Shown piece by piece: positions 58,871 to 64,000 of a stretch of 64,000 bases of DNA (within the stretch, counting starts at the first letter, position 1; every line of letters begins with the position of its first letter). The translations under genes were made by a program, and so were the position numbers. Under the pieces are notes generated by a model. That model had not been told where the DNA came from, did not search any database, and was given only the letters and a program-made list of their open reading frames with translations. Source of the DNA: an uncultured virus (IMG/VR IMGVR_UViG_3300031132_000335) (Duplodnaviria > Heunggongvirae > Uroviricota > Caudoviricetes); the IMG/VR virus record IMGVR_UViG_3300031132_000335; one strand, 5' to 3'.

Positions 58871-59191
58871 TCAGATGTTCAGCGACTCGTTCGGGTCCGC
58901 GAAGAAGTTGCGGAAGCGGGTGCCGTCAAACCACTGCACCTTGGAGCGGTCGTGCGCGTCACCCGTGATGTACGGGAACACGCGGTCCAGGCTCTTCTCG
59001 GCAGCGCCGTGGATGATGATTGCAGGCTGCGCAATCTGCGCGCGGGTCGGCTTCGGGAACTTGAAGCGACGAACCTCAGTGCCGTCCTCCTTGCGAAGAA
59101 CAGCGGCCTTACCGTTCAGGAGTGCATCAACGACCTGCTCAGTGGTGAGCGAGTCGGCGTTCTTCGTGGTGGTGAAGTGCAAAGCAGTCAT
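58871..59191 (-). CDS. hypothetical protein
   Basis: AGGAG RBS. Confidence 0.75.
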   Translation of the reverse strand: MTALHFTTTKNADSLTTEQVVDALLNGKAAVLRKEDGTEVRRFKFPKPTRAQIAQPAIIIHGAAEKSLDRVFPYITGDAHDRSKVQWFDGTRFRNFFADPNESLNI

Positions 59192-59286
59192 GATGTTCTC
59201 CTGAGTGATGAGGCTGGCGGGTTGCCTACCGATGATCCTCAGCGTACACGCCTTTGGGAAAGGACGCAACCACTGTCAGGATGTTT

Positions 59287-59526
59287 TCAGCTGAGCTTGC
59301 TGAGACGGTAGATGAGGAGGGAGAGAGCAGTGATGTTGTCGTCCAGACCGAGGAGAGCCGTACCCTTATCACGACGTGCGACGAGGTTGGCGAGTCCCAG
59401 CTCCATCTCCCAGATGACCCAGTTCACATCCCCGTCGTGAGCGGACTCAATCGTGAACTGCTGCTGCAAGTAGGCAGGAGCGGTTGCCATGATGGTGGTG
59501 AAGTCGGCCTGCGTCTGAATGTTCAT
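59287..59526 (-). CDS. hypothetical protein
   Basis: ORF with upstream promoter. Confidence 0.65.
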   Translation of the reverse strand: MNIQTQADFTTIMATAPAYLQQQFTIESAHDGDVNWVIWEMELGLANLVARRDKGTALLGLDDNITALSLLIYRLSKLS

Positions 59527-59763
59527 GGGAGAGCCTTTCGGTTGGACTGGCTTGATGTCTTTGACTGTACACCTCAGGTCCTGAACTCGGTCCGCTTCTC
59601 CCAGGTTTCTGCCAGGTTACCCCTCTGATATTCGTAAACTGAGGTTTACTCCTTCCAGTCAGCCAGAAACCCCTCTGAGAAGCTCTGTGCGCCTCCCTGA
59701 GGGGTTTTGTCATGCTTGACGACTCGTTGTGTAGCTCAGCGAACAAACCAGCGAGAAAGGCTT

Positions 59764-60054
59764 CTATGCCTTACTGGCGTTCCGTAACCTCATCTGATCC
59801 ACCCAAGAGTTCTCACCATTGTACGGAGCGAGGAGGACCTCCCGCACGATGAACGGGTCGTCCATGTGAATAGTGGCAAGATGCTGTTCAAAAACTTCAA
59901 GAGTTTCCTGGTGAGCTCCTACGATTTCTTCGCCGGCAAGCCATGCATGAAGCTGTGGTTCTTCTACCCCGAAGACGTAGCTGAGCGTCAACCATGTCAA
60001 CCCTGACTTTTGCTGTGCCAGGTGAAGTCGCTCATTTGTGATACTCACACTCAT
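59764..60054 (-). CDS. XRE-like HTH protein
   Basis: SGLTWLTLSYVFGV...LHAWLAG. Confidence 0.55.
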   Translation of the reverse strand: MSVSITNERLHLAQQKSGLTWLTLSYVFGVEEPQLHAWLAGEEIVGAHQETLEVFEQHLATIHMDDPFIVREVLLAPYNGENSWVDQMRLRNASKA

Positions 60055-60299
60055 CGGGTGAGCGTGTCCACAATGCTGGCTCTGATAGCCACTGGAACGA
60101 AGAAGGTAGTGGAAAGCTTGTATCCCTGTTTCAGGTACTTCTCAATGTCATCGTTACGCTCAGTCAATGCACGAGCATGGTCAGCTTCATCATGGACCAG
60201 GTAATCATGGCTCAGGGTAACAACACGCTTGGCAGGAGCAAGGTCGTGACCAAGAAGCTCTGCTTCTTCTGTAAAGGATTGGGAGTTTAGGTCGGTCAT
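60051..60299 (-). CDS. hypothetical protein
   Basis: ATGA overlap with next gene. Confidence 0.6.
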   Translation of the reverse strand: MTDLNSQSFTEEAELLGHDLAPAKRVVTLSHDYLVHDEADHARALTERNDDIEKYLKQGYKLSTTFFVPVAIRASIVDTLTR

Positions 60300-60438
60300 A
60301 GGTTCAGGCTTTCATCAAAGGGACAACGGAGAACTATCAGCTTACATCAGCTCTTCAAAAAGACGAGAAATTAGCGATTAGGCAGGTCCTCGCGGCAATG
60401 TGCAAGAGATATGGTAAGCGCTACTTACTGTTCAAAGT

Positions 60439-60657
60439 CTAAGCTGTTTGTAAAAAGACATGAGTGGGGTCATCTTCCAGCACTGACCAAGTTTGGTCTC
60501 CCACCACATGCAATTGTGCAGCTCCGAGAAGACGAAGAACGGTGCTGGGGTAAATCTCAAACTCCTTCGCGCGGAAATAGTTCAGAATCTCCTGAGTAGT
60601 CATACTTCCATGCTCGCGCACGACTTCTCTGAGTAGCTCGGCAGTGACAATGCTCAT
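60439..60657 (-). CDS. small possible winged-helix protein
   Basis: VVREHGSMTTQEIL..STVLRLL. Confidence 0.5.
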   Translation of the reverse strand: MSIVTAELLREVVREHGSMTTQEILNYFRAKEFEIYPSTVLRLLGAAQLHVVGDQTWSVLEDDPTHVFLQTA

Positions 60658-60765
60658 GGCTTTTCCTTCCTCTTAGGACTCCACCCGTCTTGGTCTCATT
60701 ATCCGCACTTGGGAATCAAAAAAGCCAGAAGAGGTCTCCCTACTTCTGGCTTTCTGTCTTGTTGC

Positions 60766-61185
60766 TCAAACCGTGAGGTCTGTCAACTCCTGCACCTGAA
60801 TCATCATCTGGTTCATGTAATCGGTTGTGTGCGCGGCTTCGTTGAACTGAGGAGCCATCGCAGCAAGGCGAATCATGGCTTCCCAGTGTTCCTGGTCCCA
60901 GGTTCGCATCCATGACTCTCCGTACACTTCGCGGACGAGCTTCGTCTGTTCTGTAACAGTTGCATGCCAACGAGCCAGCCAGTCTTGCTGTTCCCAGATA
61001 CCTTCAATGTCCAGGATGCGACCGTCAGGAAGAAGATTCGCTGCGTGAAGCCAGAAGGACTCGTTTCCACTGACAGTCACAATGGGAAGGTCGTACATGT
61101 TTGCTCCCTCCCATGCAAGCACCCAGCAGTCACCGTCAGTGAACGCTTCACGTACCTGTGGAGGGAAATGGAACTTGATGGTCAT
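60766..61185 (-). CDS. hypothetical protein, paralogue of 63433 (leaderless)
   Basis: AFTDGDCWVLA..H..LDIEGI. Confidence 0.75.
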   Translation of the reverse strand: MTIKFHFPPQVREAFTDGDCWVLAWEGANMYDLPIVTVSGNESFWLHAANLLPDGRILDIEGIWEQQDWLARWHATVTEQTKLVREVYGESWMRTWDQEHWEAMIRLAAMAPQFNEAAHTTDYMNQMMIQVQELTDLTV

Positions 61186-61298
61186 GGGGTTCATTCTACA
61201 CCTCAGCAGCAGAAAATAGCAATCCCTCCAACCTACCCATTCAGTTGGAGGGATTGGAAAAAGACGAGCTACTCAGGTGCAGTTCTTTTTCTGGGAGT

Positions 61299-61925
61299 TC
61301 ACCGAACGTGCTTGGTGGTCTTCATAACCTGGACCTTGGTTCCCTTGACGAGGATGCTGATGCTGCCAGGAGCTTCCCAGATGTTGACGTAGCGCGCTGC
61401 ATCATAGCAGTGGATTTCCTCGTCCCACTCCTCAGAGTGGCGGGAGTCATACATAGGCCAGTTGTTCTCATCGTAGAGGATGTGCGGAGCAAGCTCAGCG
61501 TCAGCGTTCAGGGTGAGTTCGTGCACGTAGTACGTGGTTCCCTTGGTGCGGATGCCGTCCTTCGCTCGCTCCATTGCAGCCTCACGGGTGCCAGCGTGGA
61601 GAATGAAAGTTCCCTTTTCCCCGATGGTGGCGATTTCCTCAGCCCAGTTCTCCCGAGTCGTCGCGTGGAACCAACGAGCGGTCTTCGCCACATCATCGTT
61701 CAGGAGCTTTTCGGAGCGGCTGTCCACATCCACCCAGCAGTCTTCCATGCCGAACGTTGTCTTCGTCTGCTTCCCGCAGTACTGGCAGGAAAGCATCCAG
61801 TAGCTGGCCTTGCTTCGCTGCTGACCCCAGGAACGTCGGGTGATACGCTTGCCGCAGTTGTCGTTCGGGCAGACAACGCCCGTCTCGTTCGGGGAAGCAA
61901 CCAGCAGGTCTGTTCGGATGGCCAT
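61299..61925 (-). CDS. Zn-ribbon plus possible ADP-ribosyltransferase-like domain, paralogue of 62013
   Basis: CPNDNC..CQYC; WFHATT; LHAGTREAA; RYVNIWEAPGS; fold call tentative. Confidence 0.45.
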   Translation of the reverse strand: MAIRTDLLVASPNETGVVCPNDNCGKRITRRSWGQQRSKASYWMLSCQYCGKQTKTTFGMEDCWVDVDSRSEKLLNDDVAKTARWFHATTRENWAEEIATIGEKGTFILHAGTREAAMERAKDGIRTKGTTYYVHELTLNADAELAPHILYDENNWPMYDSRHSEEWDEEIHCYDAARYVNIWEAPGSISILVKGTKVQVMKTTKHVR

Positions 61926-62012
61926 AAGTCCAGCATACACGTTTGGGAGATGCATGCAACCCCTTCAACCTGAGAATTTTCAGGTTGAAGGGGTTGGGGA
62001 AAGACATGGCGT

Positions 62013-62678
62013 TCAGATGAACGTCTGCGTGACTCCGACGACCTGAATCTTGCTGGCACGGGCAAGCATGCTGACGCTGCCAGGAGTCTCCCAACGGTTC
62101 AGGTACCGAACTGCATCGTACACCTGAATCTCGTTCTTCCAGTCCACAGGCTCCCAGGAGTCAGCGTATCGCTCATCCGAGTTGGTGTGAGTCGGCCAAA
62201 CGTTGTCGTCAGAAAGGATGTGGGAGGCCAGGTTTGTGTCCTCCATGAGCGTCACTTCGTACAGGTAGAACTCGCCGCCCTTGTGGTCCAGGGAGTCGTG
62301 GATTCGCTCAATCGCTGCGCTCTTCGTTCCCAGGTGCACGTAGAGGTCACCTTCACGTGGGTTGCGGACAAGGATGTTCTTGTCCCAGTTCTCCCGCGTC
62401 GTTGCGTGGTACCAGACGGTGGTACGCGCAGCGCTGTCCTCAATCAGTTCAGCGGAACGGCTCTCCACGTCAACCTTGCAGTTGTCAGGGGTGAACTCAC
62501 GGAAGGTGTTGTCTGCATCGTTCTCGCAGTGCTGGCAGGTGATGAGGTCGCCGTAGGCTGCCAGGTCCCGCTTGGTTCCCCACTCACGGCGGGTCATGTG
62601 CTTACCGCAGTTCTCGTTCGGGCAGATGAGGCCGACAGTGTTCGGTTCAGCGACTGCGTAGTCCGTGAGGATGGTCAT
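62013..62678 (-). CDS. Zn-ribbon plus possible ADP-ribosyltransferase-like domain
   Basis: CPNENC..CQHC; WYHATT; VHLGTKSAA; RYLNRWETPGS; fold call tentative. Confidence 0.45.
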   Translation of the reverse strand: MTILTDYAVAEPNTVGLICPNENCGKHMTRREWGTKRDLAAYGDLITCQHCENDADNTFREFTPDNCKVDVESRSAELIEDSAARTTVWYHATTRENWDKNILVRNPREGDLYVHLGTKSAAIERIHDSLDHKGGEFYLYEVTLMEDTNLASHILSDDNVWPTHTNSDERYADSWEPVDWKNEIQVYDAVRYLNRWETPGSVSMLARASKIQVVGVTQTFI

Positions 62679-62792
62679 GAATTCAGCATACACGTTTCCT
62701 GACGGGTTGCAACCCGCCAGCTCAGATTCGTTCCAACGAAAATGAGGCTACAACCCTGAGTTGGGTTGTAGCCTCATTTTTTGACTGAGCAG

Positions 62793-63287
62793 TTAGCGGA
62801 CCAGCGTCAACTTTTCCTGCTTCTCCGTCTCCTGAGCCAAGAGGAGGTTTGCCTCAGCCAGAGCCGTCTCCGCCTCAAACTGCTCCTCAGGGGTCTTTGC
62901 GCGCTTCACGGCAGTGGTGTTGAAGATGACAGCCATCTTCGCCTGCTCCATGTTGAAGGAGACGTACGGAGCGTACTGGTCGTCCAGGGTCTGAGTGGTG
63001 CCCGTCTCGGTAAACCACGCGATGCTGTCAAACTCCTCCGAAAGCTCGGTGGGGGTGTACTGCTTGCCGCTCAGGAGCGAAGTGAACGCCTTGATGTCCG
63101 TGAACTCGGGGAACTCGGAATCACCACTGTCCAGCGCGTCACCTGCCATCGGAAGACGAGCGATGATGTCACCGCCACGACCGCCGCTGCGGTACATCTC
63201 AAAGGTGGCACAGGTGCGGTTGACAGCGGGGATGACGTGGCCGTTGTCCAGGATGGTCGGGTGGAAGATTGCAGTTGCGGTAGCCAT
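62793..63287 (-). CDS. hypothetical protein
   Basis: AAGGAG RBS; start MATATAIF. Confidence 0.75.
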   Translation of the reverse strand: MATATAIFHPTILDNGHVIPAVNRTCATFEMYRSGGRGGDIIARLPMAGDALDSGDSEFPEFTDIKAFTSLLSGKQYTPTELSEEFDSIAWFTETGTTQTLDDQYAPYVSFNMEQAKMAVIFNTTAVKRAKTPEEQFEAETALAEANLLLAQETEKQEKLTLVR

Positions 63288-63432
63288 GATGTTGGCTCTC
63301 CTTCTTGTTGTTATTTTGACCCGAGCGTTCAAGCAACCTCGGTTGATGTCTTCAACACTACACCCGTTCTGATGCGTGCGCAACTCCAAACGAAAACTTT
63401 TTTGGGATGACTTGCTCGTTCCCCTCTGAGTG

Positions 63433-63831
63433 TTACAGCGCCAGGAGAAGGACGATTTCTTGGGCGTACTGCTCAGCCTGCTCGCCTTCCTTCGTGTGCG
63501 GTGTGCGCTCGTACTTCGCGCGGAACGCTTCCTCGTTCTCCTCGCCAGCCCACTCCCAACCATCAATGTCACCCATCTCAATGAGGTCGTCGGTGGTGGC
63601 GTACTCAGCCCAGCGGTCAACCCATTCGCCTGCATCGTGGATGCCTTCAATGTCTACAACCAGGTCCTCAGTGAGGAGCAGACCACAGTGGAGGTAGCCG
63701 CCGTTCTCACCTGCAACAGCCATCAAAGGAAGGCCAGTCTGCTTCGCCAGTGCAAGAGCGAGGGCATCGCAGTCAGCATCGGTGAAGGCGGTGACAACGT
63801 TCTCGGGAAAGGTGAACTCCGTGGTTTCCAT
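63433..63831 (-). CDS. hypothetical protein, paralogue of 60766 (leaderless)
   Basis: AFTDADCDALA..H..VDIEGI. Confidence 0.75.
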   Translation of the reverse strand: METTEFTFPENVVTAFTDADCDALALALAKQTGLPLMAVAGENGGYLHCGLLLTEDLVVDIEGIHDAGEWVDRWAEYATTDDLIEMGDIDGWEWAGEENEEAFRAKYERTPHTKEGEQAEQYAQEIVLLLAL

Positions 63832-64000
63832 GTGTTCAGTCTACGGAGGACTACTGACATTCGGGCAGAGGAGGAAGAACTCAGGACACCCACGACATCA
63901 GGTGAAGCCACTGATGTCGTGGGTGTTGAAAAAAGACATGTGAGCTGATGCGGTAACCTCAGCGGACTGAGGTCTTAGCCCTTGACGACGATGCGCTTCT

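Larger units (their letters stand above)
1225..63936 (+). repeat. Strand-polarised motif AAAAAGAC (subtypes GTCTCAAAAAGACGA and TGAAAAAAGACATGAG), ~45 copies
   Basis: Seen at approx. 1225,1496,2881,4210,5634,6537,9704,10763,12726,13705,14410,15824,17966,21496,24652,29721,31251,34218,39723,42080,48218,51754,52889,57866,60357,63929 and others; GTCTTTTT not seen on + strand. Confidence 0.85.

Noticed and set aside
1..64000. tRNA, rRNA, tmRNA, IS elements, structural or replication genes
   Set aside because: No T-loop/cloverleaf, transposase or hallmark protein motifs recognised by eye. A tRNAscan/Rfam run would be needed to exclude them fully.

Overview
This window looks like the early/accessory (host-takeover) region of a large phage infecting an actinobacterium. 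This is inferred from the moderately GC-rich DNA, sigmaA-type promoters, many leaderless genes and an actinobacterial-type bL36. No capsid, tail, polymerase, integrase, tRNA or CRISPR features were recognised. It holds well over 100 small, mostly unknown ORFs. About 50 of them are self-contained cassettes built as: CAGGAA..TTCCTG palindrome, -35 TTG(C/A), -10 TAnnnT, a covarying 5' hairpin GGGAGG-AACAG-CCTCCC, AGGAG RBS, ORF, terminator. Recognisable genes: an orphan HindVP-family restriction endonuclease, whose family target GRCGYC I could not find anywhere in the window; ribosomal protein bL36 (missed by the ORF track); a 2H phosphoesterase; an orphan Xre/MbcA-like antitoxin; DUF3228, DUF4236, HEAT/LRV-repeat proteins and lipoproteins. 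Other notable signals: a strand-polarised AAAAAGAC motif (~45 copies), four copies of an Arg-rich 55-aa peptide, duplicated acidic micropeptides, several paralogue arrays, strong TCGA avoidance and GATC largely confined to non-coding DNA. All motif counts are by-eye estimates, and family calls are from motif recognition, not database searches.
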